Source: Sphaerodactylus townsendi (lineage: Eukaryota). From it: 64,000 nt of DNA. This document shows, piece by piece, positions 21,912-34,586 of this stretch. How positions within the stretch are numbered: position 1 is the stretch's first letter; every line of letters starts with the position of its first letter. Made by a program: the position numbers and the translations under genes. The stretch is from positions 23,064,001 through 23,128,000 of the forward strand of contig NC_059439.1 in NCBI RefSeq assembly GCF_021028975.2. Direction: 5' to 3'. Under the pieces are notes generated by a model. That model saw nothing but the letters and a program-made list of their open reading frames with translations, ran no database searches and was not told the origin of the DNA.

Positions 21912-23190
21912 TAAGCCTTTTGGGAAACCAAGATGGTATTCGGAACCCAGATCCAGAGATCACATAGGGAAGGCTGCAATTCTGTTCCATCTTTGCATTG
22001 ATCCCACACATGGCTTAAGCTTCCCCTATTAAATTCCTTTTTGGAACTATATGATAACAGTCATCCTTCCAGATCCAGGCAAAGTGGAGATAATGAGTGT
22101 GGTTGTCATCAAGTCACAGTAACCCCGTAGAGTTTTCAAGACAAGTTAATTCAGAGGTTGTTTGCCCATTGCCTGCCTCAGTGTGGGCTAATAGAGTTCT
22201 GAGATAAATGTGACTGGCTCAAGGTCACCCAGCAGGCTTCTTGTGGAAAAATCATGTGGAGAACTGAACCTGGTTCTGCAGATTAGAGTCTGCTGCTCCA
22301 AACAAGCACAATAAATTGGCACAACAAAAACATCTAAAATTGATATATTATTTTTTTAAAGGATCGTTATATATAACTTTAAGCTGTGGTTCTCAATAAT
22401 TAAAATAATGTTCAGGACAATGAAATACCTTTAGCTTTTATATATATTAGCCTTACTCGTATGTAGACTAGAATCTAGGTGTGTCGGGTTCAAAAGTCCA
22501 CTGTGCCATGAAAGCTTGCTGGTTGACCATGGAACACTCTCAAAGGGACTAGTCGGCTTCAAGGGCTGTTGTGAGAATAAAATGGAGAAGGCAAGAAAAC
22601 TGAGGTAGAAACAAATTACTTAAATGCATAATTTTTTCCCATATTTATTCTGAATTCTTCCAGAATTTGCTGTTGTCTACCCATAATGCTTTCAACGAAA
22701 AAGATGTGAATACATGTTTGTTTATTTTAGAAGACAAATTCTATATGTAATTGTTCTGTTCAAATGCCACAGGTGTACTCAACCATTTGCCACATTTTAT
22801 CCTGAAATACTACCGGCATATAGCAAAGAGCTCTACTAAAGTTAATACCTTGAACCACTGTGTGTATTTCTCTGGAAGGACAATCGCTGCAATGAAGCTT
22901 ATATGAACTTCATAACAATTTCTGCTCATTTAGCTAAATCCAACTCTGTTTGAATAAGAATTAAAAAACGTTTACAATTTCTAGTCTTTTTTTCATCCTA
23001 TATCCCTCCCCCCACTCATCAACCAGGTATGTCTTTGATTAATATTCCAGTGGTCAATTAGCGGTAGGGTTGTTTGTTTACTTTTTTGGTCATTCCTACT
23101 ACCAAAATTTATAATTTGGGAATATTAATATATTTTTGATTCGGGAAACAGCAGTTGGGGAAATAGCTTACACCATCTTCCTCAGATGGT

Positions 23191-23590
23191 GAGAGCCAGT
23201 GTCTTGTAGTGGTTAAAAGAGGGTGGATTCTAATCTGGAGAACTGGATTTGATTCTCCACTCCACCTGAGTGGCAAAGACTTATGTAGTGAACCAGATGC
23301 ATTTCCACACTCCTACATTCCTGCTGAGTGACCTTGGGCTTGTCACAGTTCTCTCTGAACTCTCTCAGCCCCACCTACCTCACAAGGTGTCTGTTGTGGG
23401 GAGAGGAAGAAAAAGGAGCTTGTAAGCCACCTTACAGCAGAGAAACGTAGGCAGAGGTGGAATTCAAATAATTTAACAACTGGTTGTTTACAAGCACCAT
23501 TTTAACAACCAGTTCTGCTGAAGTAGTTTGAACCTGCTAAATCCCACTGAACTGAACATAGCATATAAATCCAAACTCCTCCTACTACTC
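23191..23590 (+). mobile_element. tRNA-derived SINE (Squam3-like) with a nested short hAT fragment (~23452-23549)
   Basis: Head GAGAGCCAG..GTAGTGGTTAA..GATTTGATTC (A/B boxes); ataaatccaaactc-type tail. Confidence 0.65.
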
Positions 23591-24533
23591 CTTTCAGTTT
23601 TTTTCAGTTTTTGGCCTGCAGGGGGTGCAGTTTTTAGGCTAGCAGCATCAAAATTTCAAGGCATTTTCGGGGGACCCTTCTAATAATACCACCCAAGTTA
23701 GGTGAGGTTTGGTTCAGGGGGTCCAAAGGGGGTGCCCCATCCCCCATTGTTTCCAAAGGGAGCTAATAGGAGATGGGGGCTACACTTTTGAGAGTCCATA
23801 ACTTTGGACCCTCTGACCCAAACTTCACCAAACCTGGCTGGTATCATCAGGATAGTCTCCTAAAGATACACTGAAATGTTGATGCTGCTAGCCTCAAACT
23901 GCGCCCCCTGCAGGCCTAAAACTGAAAAAACCTACTAAAAATACAAACAAACAAAACCCAGATTTTGCACTGGGCTCCATCTTCCCTAGCTACGCCTCTG
24001 AGACCCAGTTTCCTGGACTTAACTCTCAACCCCAGAGCCACAAGCATCTGCAGCAACTGCCTGTTTACGAATAAAGGAGTGTTCAATTGAACTGAGAAAC
24101 ACTGACATGGAGGAAGGAGGATCTCTTGCCTTTCACTCTGCACAGTTTTCTGAACCTTAACCCAACCAGAAATAGTTCAAGAGGCATTTTCCCTCTATTG
24201 GCTGTTCCATATGCATAGAATAATCTCATTTTTTACAATGAAATCATTAATTCTTAAGGAAATAAATCAAAGTAGGAAATAAATCCTGTAATGTAATGGA
24301 GAGAGAATGTTCCCTGTTGCCTTGCCATTGTTTGTGATAAGTATTTTGAGATTTACGAGCTTCTCTACTATTCACAAAAGTGTGGTGTTTACATTAAAAT
24401 CGAGGACCAGCTGTTTTTCTCTTTGACAAGATAATTCAATAATTGCTATCCCAATGACCATTTTGCAACCCTTCTTTATTGGTTATGTGTTCTATATGTT
24501 TTCACCAGTAATGAAAACTTATCTGGTAAGTAT

Positions 24534-26089
24534 TGTTAGCCAGAAATCTGGCCCTGGATCTTCCTCCGATGCAGAAACAAAGGAGACAGGCAGAGTTTTT
24601 TTAAAAAAAAACTTGTATTTTTACAGCAAAAGGAAGACAGCAGAACAAACCATCTCTTTAACACATTCTTCAACACAGTGAAGTTTAAGCTATAAATAAT
24701 GGAACTAGAATCAACTAGGCCCGTAATTGCGACAGGGGGCAGGACACCAGAAAAGGCTCCAGAAAAGGTGCATGCGTGTCCCTGGGCTGCCGGACGGCTA
24801 CACTCAGAGGTGGGATGCAGCCTATTCACACCTATTCGGTAGAACCGGTTGTTAAAATTTTCTCAGTTTGGAGAACCGGTTGTTAATGATTAACTCCACT
24901 AGGAACAAAGGGATAATCTCTATCCTTGGGTACAACAAATCTCATCAAGTGAGAATGGCCACCCCACTCTGGAACTGCCCAGGTCTGAAATGCCCCACCC
25001 CTGGAATGCCCAGGCCACGCCCCCACCATGTCACACCCCACCCGCACCCGTTGGCCCCACCACCATCGGAACCTATTGTTAAAATTTTTGAATCCCACCA
25101 CTGGCTACACCTTATCACCCAGTAATATGCAGGCTGACATACGTGGGCTTTAGGGTAGAGCAAGCTACCTTTATATGGCCTTGGCCTCTTTCGACACCTT
25201 GGCCTCTTTCGACGCCTTGAGGCAAACTGACTCACATGCCCTCCCAGAAGGGATGGGATATTTTAGTTTTTGCTGCACAGTCCTATGGGGGCAGTTTAGA
25301 CAGTGGAGTGCGTAGTTTTTGGGGAGACTGAGGTTGCACGCCTTTGGGGGGGTCTCTATAAGAGGCTTGGAGAGAGGTGGGCTCAGGGAGCATGCTTCTA
25401 AGGGCCTCTGCAGGCGAGCCCGACACCCCAGATGGGTGGGCCACAAAAGAATGGGGCGGATGCCCCGTGGCCCAGGAACTCTGTCCTCCCCAATAAATGG
25501 GGTGAAGCCAGGATCATCCAGGGAAGCTGATTGGCTGAGATGATGTGCTCCTCTTGATTGCCCAGCTTTGCTTTTAAGAATTACGTAAATAAAAAGGGCT
25601 GCGGCCCTATTTCAATCCAAGCCGTATCTGTAATTACTTGAGTAGCCTCTGCATTTCTGGCCACAATTTATAGTTTTCTTTACACCATGCATGATCATAC
25701 CAGGTATATAGCTATTTCATTGGTTAAAAGCTATGTTGTAGCTTTTAGATCAAGTGAGCTTGTCCACGACTAACATCTAAAGCTACGCTTATCAGATACA
25801 CTTTTTTTTTAAAAAAAACACCACACTCTTTTACTTATTGGAATTATTCTACCTGCTAAACTTTACCTTTTATGTGGACTTCCCTTCAAGTGTGGTCTTT
25901 GTCCCCTTTCACACATGCGGAACAATGCACTTTCAATCCACTTTCACAGTTACTTGCAAGTGGATGCTGCTATTCCACAAAGTAAAATCCAGCCGCAAAG
26001 TGCATTGGAAGTGGATTGAAAGTGCATGTGTGGAAGGTCTGATGATACTGTGTCATTTTATTTCTTTCTCTCTTATGCCCCCTCCATCA
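24534..26089. mobile_element. Solo-LTR-like insertion carrying nested elements
   Basis: TG...CA ends, 4-bp TSD GTAT; empty site ataagtatcaaata near 9515. Confidence 0.6.
24805..25103. mobile_element. hAT MITE
   Basis: TIR CAG(A/T)GGTGGGAT; 8-bp TSD gctacact/gctacacc. Confidence 0.75.
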
Positions 26090-26364
26090 GTATCAAATAC
26101 TGCTTTGAAAAAAGTAGCTGAAATACAACCTGTTCTGTTACTATCATATAATGTTGACATTTGGTTCATGGAATCATAAATGCATCAGCAGGATAAAGAG
26201 GATTTTGGAAGAAAATTGCTTTTTCTTTTTCTGTTACTCCATTCCATTATACATCTACTAAAAAAACCTGAGCATCCAAATATGTAAATAGAATGGAAAA
26301 CATTACAAGAACCTACAAAATTTTTTCCATATTATGGATTTTATTCCAGACTAGTTTAATCTAA

Positions 26365-27333
26365 TTACTCTGCATCCCTGACAAATAATTTAGAAATCCC
26401 ACATTTATTTACACGTCTCCTGAAAGCTTTTTTAACCTCTTTGTTTCTTAAACTGTAAATAAGGGGATTAATTAGAGGGGTTAAGACTGTGTAGAAGACT
26501 GAGAAGATCTTATCCACTTCCTTCAGAGTTTCTTTTTTTGGTAGCACATATACAAATATCAAAGAACCATAAAATATGGAAACTACAATGAGGTGGGAAG
26601 AACAGGTGGCAAAAGCCTTCTTTCTCCCATCAGAAGATTGAATTTGTATAATAGCACCAATTATATGCACATAAGACAGCAATGTCAGAAGGCAAGAAGG
26701 AACCCCATCTATGATAGAGACTATGAGTCCCACAAGTGTAACTAGGGTTGTGTCACTGCATGATAAATTAATCACTGGCGCAAGGTCACAAAAGAACTGA
26801 TCAATTTCATGGGGACCACAGTATTTCAGCTGTGACATCAAACTCAGTAGTAAAGTCATAACTGTAATCCCACAAAGCCAAGATGCAGCTGACAATAGAA
26901 AGCAGAGTCTTCTGCTCATGAGGGTTGCATACTGGAGGGGTTTGCATATTGCCAAATATCGATCATATGACATTGATGCCAGCAGGTAACATTCAGCAAT
27001 CACTAGTGTACCAAAGCAATAAAGCTGGGCGAAGCATCCTCCAACAGAAATGCTTCTGTCTCCTGTCAGAAAGCTCCCCAACATCCTGGGCAGAAGAGTT
27101 GAAGTGTAGAAGGTCTCCAGACAGGACAGATTTCCAAGGAAGAAGTACATGGGAGTGTGAAGGTGACGATCTGTGGTTACTAACACAATGATGATGATGT
27201 TTCCAGCCATGGTTGCACTGTAGATTATTAAGAAAACCAAGAAGAGAAGAATCTGAAGTTCAGGGGCATCCCCAAATCCGAGAAGGATAAATGTATCTAT
27301 TGTTGTTTCATTGACCATCTCATTATATTTCAT
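26365..27333 (-). CDS. Olfactory receptor OR3 (family-11-like), 322 aa
   Basis: All canonical OR motifs; ATG 27333 lies just after a TTTCAG acceptor; AATAAA ~20 bp after the stop. Confidence 0.95.
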   Translation of the reverse strand: MKYNEMVNETTIDTFILLGFGDAPELQILLFLVFLIIYSATMAGNIIIIVLVTTDRHLHTPMYFFLGNLSCLETFYTSTLLPRMLGSFLTGDRSISVGGCFAQLYCFGTLVIAECYLLASMSYDRYLAICKPLQYATLMSRRLCFLLSAASWLCGITVMTLLLSLMSQLKYCGPHEIDQFFCDLAPVINLSCSDTTLVTLVGLIVSIIDGVPSCLLTLLSYVHIIGAIIQIQSSDGRKKAFATCSSHLIVVSIFYGSLIFVYVLPKKETLKEVDKIFSVFYTVLTPLINPLIYSLRNKEVKKAFRRRVNKCGISKLFVRDAE

Positions 27334-30300
27334 ATTTTCAAGCACTGAAAGCGAATTTAAAAATCATAAGATCTCCAATTGAAAGACCGAAATCTAAAAG
27401 TCATTCTCCACTAAAACATAATTTGGCACCCTATTTCCCACAATTAATGTTCAAATTTATAAAATGTTATCTTATGTTTTATATGGGCATTGGAAAACCA
27501 CCTCAAAGGGCTTTTTTTCTGTGGTTAATTGTTCAGCTATTATCTCATATAATAGCGAATTTCATAGTTACTGGATGACAACATTAAATGAAGTGATTAC
27601 TAGTGATGGTTAGTGATGGTCCACAAGATGGCTAGCAGGCACCGTTTGTTTAGTTATTTGTTTTTCCTCATATGGCTTACAATTGCCATTAAATGTGCCT
27701 TTCCCTTTCACATACCCCTCAAGCCATTCCTTAAAATCCCTAATTGCCCAGGATCAGTATTTCATGGAGATTGGTGGCTTAAAGTGGGAAAATTCTATCC
27801 TGCTGTTGGGAAATTAGTCTGGATACAATCCATTATTAAGGTTGATATGTTTCTCTTGTTTTTCCTCTTTGTCTTGGGATGTTAAGGGTCACTCAACATA
27901 ACCCTGAGGGTCTCTTTTTCCCTAGAAGAACCCCTCTTTCCCAATAGCCATTGTTCAATACTGCTGGACACCTTTTTGTGGTGTTGTTTCACACTGTGTT
28001 GTTCTTCCAGAGCAAAGCACGAGTCACTCAGTTCTGTTCATCAGATCTTTCTGTTCCAAGATCAGGTGACTATAACCCTTACTTCCCCAATTCCCTGCTG
28101 TATTCCAGACCTATCGATTCACAACCATTTAAATCCTAGGACTGTGTGTGTGTTCTGCTGCTTTGATTATTATGTACCCCCATTATCCCTAAATAAAAAT
28201 TGTTAAACTTCATTTGGTCTCCTGTGGAGTTTTCTTGCATAAGCTGACTTCCATATAAGATAGGTAAACAAGGTCTTGAGCTTGCCCAACCTTTTGCTGA
28301 CCAAGAGTCTGCTATTGCTAATTCCCCATTCTAAAAGGGAGAGAGTTCCTCCTCCACTTTGGGTAAAAAGGTCCCATATTCTGAAATGTAACCTCTTTAG
28401 GGATAAAAGGGGACTATTTCTCCCTTTTTCCACCAGCAAAAAAAAAATTGGATCTAACTCCATGGGTAATATATCACAACTCTTGGAAGATGAATCTATA
28501 TCAGGGTAAGTTTCTAAGTCAGTTTACAAACTAGGAATGGAGTGGAAGTTTCTAAAATATTATCTCCCCTCAAAGATGGTAGTATTGTCCTCCTCCAAGT
28601 AAACATTTTTTGTATCTTGCATTAGCTGGTGCCAGAGAAGAAATAGTTCTTTAAACGTGCAACCATTATGACAGAATGACCTCCTCCCCCACCTCACATC
28701 CTGAAATCCTGAAACCGAGTCTCAGTTTCCAGAAGAGTGTTCAATTTGGACTTGAATTAGAAAGATGGCCATATCCAGATAGACCTTGGGTATTATCAAG
28801 GGTACAAGTGATTTACATGCTAGCAAACTTTTGGACCAATGTGGCGTTCTCTTAAAGGAAGCCCCTTCTACCAACTGGAAGACCCCTCCCCCCATTAGGC
28901 AGATTATTTTTCACAATGTATGGGCATCATTAGATCCAATTGTATATATTTTCCTGTAATGTAGCCACTTCAAAAGACCTTGTATGTTACACAAAAGAGG
29001 CTTTATACAGGGGAACAACAGACTGTCTATGGAGAACAACCTCTTAATAATTTAAAGAAGAGTTTCACAACAGTCTGCAAATTCCCATAAAATGTATGAT
29101 ACAACACTCATTAAGGCTTCAAAATAACCTTGTTTGTTATTTGGAGCCATTATTTAGAAAACCTATATATCATCTCTTCAGAGACATGCTTGAGTGAGCC
29201 ACAGCAAGTAAATTGTCTTGATAATAAAGGAATTCATAATTTTTTTCAGGGGTAAGTTAAAAAATCATTGTTCTATTTTTTCACACCTCTTTGATTAAAA
29301 AATCAACAAGAACAACAACCCTGAGTACAAAAGGCAATAGATAATAATGCACAAATAAATATATTGACAAAATGAAGTAAATATAACACTACTTTAATGA
29401 TGAAGTGAGCGCTAACTCCTGATATCTTATACCTCAAAAATCTTGTAGTTCTCTAAGGGGGTACTGGATGGAAATCTAGATCTTGTACTGGAGACCACAC
29501 AGCTGCTCTTGAAAATACAGATCTTGTACTGGAGACCACACAGCTCTTGACAGTACAGAAACTGAGGTAGCCTTCCATGGCAGTTACAATCTCAGTCCAT
29601 GTGACAGGTTAGGATCAATAATCACAGAAAAATTACAGAGATGGCATCAGTTGCCCACTGGATGAATAGGCAACTTATCGGCAGACAAATGAAGATGTGA
29701 ACTTTCTGCATGAAGCAAAACTCTTGAACCTGTGGGAGAATAGATTAAGAAAGATAAAGCAGCCAGTATTGGGCTGCTTTCAAGCTGAAATAATTGAGTT
29801 AAAACAAGGAATATTTGCGAGTTGCTGAACATCAAGCTAAGCATCCTTTCAGGTTAACATATAACAAGCATGATTAGGGGAAAAAACCAATGGCATAAAA
29901 ATATCCAACTGGGAAGAAAATAATCATTTTGCTTGTGTATTGCTATAGTTGGAAATGCTTATTAAAATCTTGTTTCTGTTTCTCTTGCATTTCACGTAAC
30001 TTAGAAGCAGGTGTTTATAGATAGAGACCACCAAGGTCAGATTCCTTATTAAGGACCAGGAATCATCTCCAGTTATTTGCAACTGAATCCAACTGGTCAG
30101 CTAAAGCCCTAATTGAATGTTTCAAAAGGGCAAGGTAATTTACTCACCTTCCAGAGAATTCCTGTGAACTTGATACCTGATTGGTTGATTAATAATTATT
30201 TGATGTGTCCCCCTTATGCCATAAATTAATCACATCAGAATTAGCAGCCATCTTTCTTTTGTCTATTTCACTTTACTTTGCTATGCATTGAGGAGTACTA

Positions 30301-30362
30301 TCATACCTTCTAGCCAGTGTTTATTTTAGTAAGTAAGTGTACTATATTATATTATTTTCCTG

Positions 30363-30503
30363 GGCTCATTCCGCATATGCAGAATAATGCACTTTCAAAC
30401 TGCTTTCAGTGCTCTTTGAAGCTGTGCGGAATGGCAAAATCCACTTGCAAACAGTTGTGAAAGTGGTTTGAAAACGCATTATTTTGCATGTGCGGAAGGG
30501 GCC
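30363..30503 (+). mobile_element. 141-bp Harbinger-like MITE
   Basis: Same family as 21772; TSD CTG; abuts the remnant of the 13169-type element. Confidence 0.8.
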
Positions 30504-31697
30504 CTGGTTTCTGTGGTTTCTTTTCCTGGTTTCTGTCGCTCTGTGGAGGTCAGGGGACATGTCTCCTGGCCTCCACCCCTGCAGTCGTCACTCTGGACAT
30601 GGGAGCATGTCTCCTTGCCCCCACAGAGTGAAGGAAGCCAGGAGTAGCTAAGGAGGTGTTTGGGATGCTACACGGCCATGCGGCGCCCACTCTGCCAGAT
30701 GCACAGCCAGCAGGGCCATTTGTGAGAATGGCCCTGGGGCAAGCAATGGCATGGTGCATGCCAATGCAGCCCCTCTATTCTGGCTGTAAAGAAACAGCCT
30801 ATTATTTTACAACCTTTTTTAAATTTAAAAAAATTGCTTTGTGTTTGAGTACTGGTTCAGAACGAAGAGCCTGCTATTGCAACCACTCCAAAGGCCTCAA
30901 TGGGTCTTTGATACCTGTACAATGTGTTAATGGTTTTTTCTGTTCTCCAGTTAAGCAGAAACTAAAAAAGTTTCTTGTAACAGAAATGAAGAAACTCTCA
31001 ATTTCAGTTAGTTAATTAAACTTGAGCAGTAGAGCCATTAGTGAGGGTCAGGCAGGTAGCCACAAATTGCACACTGGTACTCAAAGACACCCCGGAGCAG
31101 TTCTTACAAAAAGAGGTGAACAAATCTTCCTTGAAAGGACATAAGTTCTTTAACTTAATCTGGTCCCTTATCTACACAATAAACTCCAGTCTTCAATTAA
31201 GGATAAGTTGACAAGTCCACATCTATCTATTCAATGAACTGGGCAGCAAAGAAGTCAGAAGGGGTTGGATTAGTCAGACTTCTATAATGCTACATATGAA
31301 AATGACAAATGTGTCCAGGCAGGCAACAAATGCCAGCCAGCTGCCACCAAAACAGAGGGCAAAGATGATGCTTTACAGTTTCCTGCCACTCTCCTGCAGT
31401 TCTCCAGTAATAGAGACTTATCTGATTAAGTATCAAATATTGTTTTAAAAAGTAACTGAAATACTCATAATATATCCCGATTACTATCCTATGGTGTCTA
31501 CAGTACTTTCATGGGTGAATCAACAGCAGCTTAAAGAGGAATTTGAAAGAAGTTGGATTTTCCTTTTTTCCATACTCCATTTTATTATACATTCACTAGA
31601 AAAGCTGACAATTCAAATATGTAAACAAAATTGAAAACATGACAGAAAGAAACATTGTTCCATACTGTAGATTTTATGTGAGACAAGTTTAATATAA

Positions 31698-31755
31698 TTA
31701 CTGTATATCTCCAACAAATGTCTTGGAAATCCCACATTTGTTCATAAGTCTCCTT
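31698..31755 (-). pseudogene. OR deletion remnant (last ~18 codons, RRLMNKCGISKTFVGDIQ*)
   Basis: OR4/5-like C-terminus fused directly to sequence homologous to the OR4 upstream intron (~49680). Confidence 0.8.
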
Positions 31756-34586
31756 TATATTATTATATACTTAAATGTAACTTGGCACCTGAAAGACCAC
31801 TTTTTGTTGTGAAGTTAATTGTTCAACTATTAACTCATATAATAGATAGGAGTCATAACTCTTTTTTTGTATTTTTCAGGTTCAAATTTAATAGACCCAG
31901 AAATCTTTTTTTTAAAAAAAACCCAAAATATTGGTCTTTTTACCCTGCCTTGGAATTCCACATGGGTCTTACAGGCAGCAGGCATGTGGACTTCTGATTC
32001 AAGCAAAGAGTAAAATATTGGGATCAGCCAGTACTAGTCCAGTGTTTCACTGTAGGATCCGTCTAGCTGGGTCTAGCTTTCAACTGCAAGCTCAGCCTGG
32101 CCAGGTCTCGAGTTGAATGACGGGCTCTGCCTCTGAAACTCACAGAGGAGAGGTGAGGAAGTGAAAATGGACAGGACATTTTTTGTGAGGGTAATGTAGT
32201 GGGCTGAATTGCCCCCCAAAAAAATCTGAAAAAAATAGCATTTTGAGGGAATCTGTTTTGATGGCTCCTTTCTTGTCCCACCCCTTTTTAAGTGAAAAAA
32301 TACTCCCCCCCCAAAAAAAATAAACCCAAAAGTAACATGAAAGTATTTTTAAGGATTTTTCAGGTTCAAGTTTATCAAATATTTACCTGTAATAATTAGC
32401 AATCTCACTGTTACTTAATAACAACATTAAATAAAAGATTGCAATCCATTTTTAGTGCTGGGCCATAAGATGGCTAGCCAAAGATGTCAGTCATTTGTTT
32501 GTTTGTTTGTTCATTTGTTTTATATCATTGAACTGATGTAATTTTCTTCTTCATTTTATCCTAATAGCCTGTGAGGTAGGTAGCACTGACAGTGTGTGAA
32601 TAATTTTGTCTTACACTCCCATTCTGTAAAGGTTTTCTAAAAGAGTGGAAACCTAGGAAGCTTTCTGATCTGCAGTACTACTATCCATTTTGTGGAAAAT
32701 AGCTGTCGCCTGTATTTTGATATTCGCCCCAATTGGTCATGAAAATATTCTGAATGGAAAATAACAAAACACTCATTTACATCTGAAGACATAAGCTAAA
32801 TGACTTGTAAGAGTACAAGCACTGGGCTGGATCCAGATTACACTGGCAGTTGCCACCTATTGTACCTTCCCCTCTTACATGTTCCTCATGCCATTCTCCA
32901 AGGTTCCTTATTCGACAGGAGCAGCATTTCATGAAGATTGGTGACCTAAAGTGAAAGGGGAAAAGCAGGAAAGTTCTATCGTTGAAAAATCTAGCCAGGC
33001 TCTAACCCATGAGTAGAATGTATCTAACTTTTCAATCCAATCGGCATCCATGACACAAAATTTTGTCCATGCTGGTTGCAGGATCTCAAGTGTAACTACG
33101 TTGGTGATTTTCCTACATGTTCCACCAGAATTTGTTGTATCTAACGAGATATCAGGATCATGTTCTGGATGAATACACATTAAGTCCCCCCCCCCCAAAA
33201 TTTATTTTACAAACTAGGGATGGAGTGAAAGCTCACTTCAATGTAATCTTTCCTCAAAGGTTCCAAGACTGTCCTCCTCAAAATAAACCTGTTTTTCCCC
33301 TCTGTGTTGCATGAGCATTTTTTAGAGATGAGCTCATTTGTTTGTTTCTTTTAAATGTAACTATTATAATAGCATCCTCCTGTGCCCTGAAATGGAGCCT
33401 TGGGTTTCATAGGAGCGTTCAATTAGGATTATTAAATAACATCCACTTCTGTGTGAATTTCAGGTTGAATTAGAAAGTGGGTCATATTCAAAAAGACATT
33501 GAGTACAATCTGGTTAAAAGAGAATTACATTGTAGCAATCAGTTGTTTTGGACAAGTATGGCTTTGTCTTGAAGGAAGTTCTTTCTACCAAATGGAAGGC
33601 CTTTCATCTGACAGGTTATTTTTCAAAGTGTACGGGCATTATTTGATCCAGCTGTATGTATTTTCTCAGAAGTATTTTCTAAGAATCGCAAGGGGATTTT
33701 TGGGGGGCATTAAATAAGATATGTGAATAGTAATTTTAAAAACATTACCTTTAACCATCGAGTGGCATCAAAAATGGATGACTGAGAGGTAGATAACTGC
33801 TGCACACTTATCCAGCTATTGTGTGAAATGAACATTACCTCATGGAGACAATCAAATGTTGCCACTTCACAAGTTCAAGCATTACACAAAAAAGGCTTTA
33901 TAAAGGGAATCAACAGACTGTCTACAGAGAGCAATCTCTTGATAGTTTAAAGAAGGAATTTCAAAACAATTAGCAAATTCCCCATCTAAAACATGTGATC
34001 ATTAAGGCTTCAAATACTCCTGTGTGTTACTTGAAATGTTGTTTAGAAAAATGTGTCACCTCTCAAGAAACATACTTAAGTGGGTTTCATAGGATTATTT
34101 TTCAATGATTTCCTTAAAAAATAGTCCTTTTTTCATGCCTTTTAGATTAAATACCGAAACAGCCTTAACCAACATATAACAACATAAAAAGGATTTTTTT
34201 AAAAAAAATGAAGACCAAATTGAGCTCTTCTCCTGGGACAAACTAAAGTACCTTGTCTCACAGCTGATCATGGCCCCAGCAGCGACCATCTGCTTTTCTT
34301 AACCATCCAGTTTCTAACAGTGAATTGCCTGGGTTGCTTGTGAAGGTGGTCAGGGAAGTTCATCTGGTGCAAAATGTTAAGGCCAGTTGCAGAGATAGTA
34401 TTTAATGAACATTGTATCGGCTGCCCTGGTGATTTCTTGTTTCTGCCCCAGGCATATGAAGCCAAAAGAAAGGTGTAAACAGTCCCTCCTGTTTACAGTC
34501 AGGCAAAGCAGGCAGGCGTGGGATGCAAGGGAGTGTGAGCATGTGCCAAATGGACATGCTGCTTCCATAGAGGCAGAAAACACTCA

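Noticed and set aside
23191-23260. tRNA-like A/B boxes (also ~36540-36590 and ~47070-47124)
   Set aside because: SINE heads with no full cloverleaf
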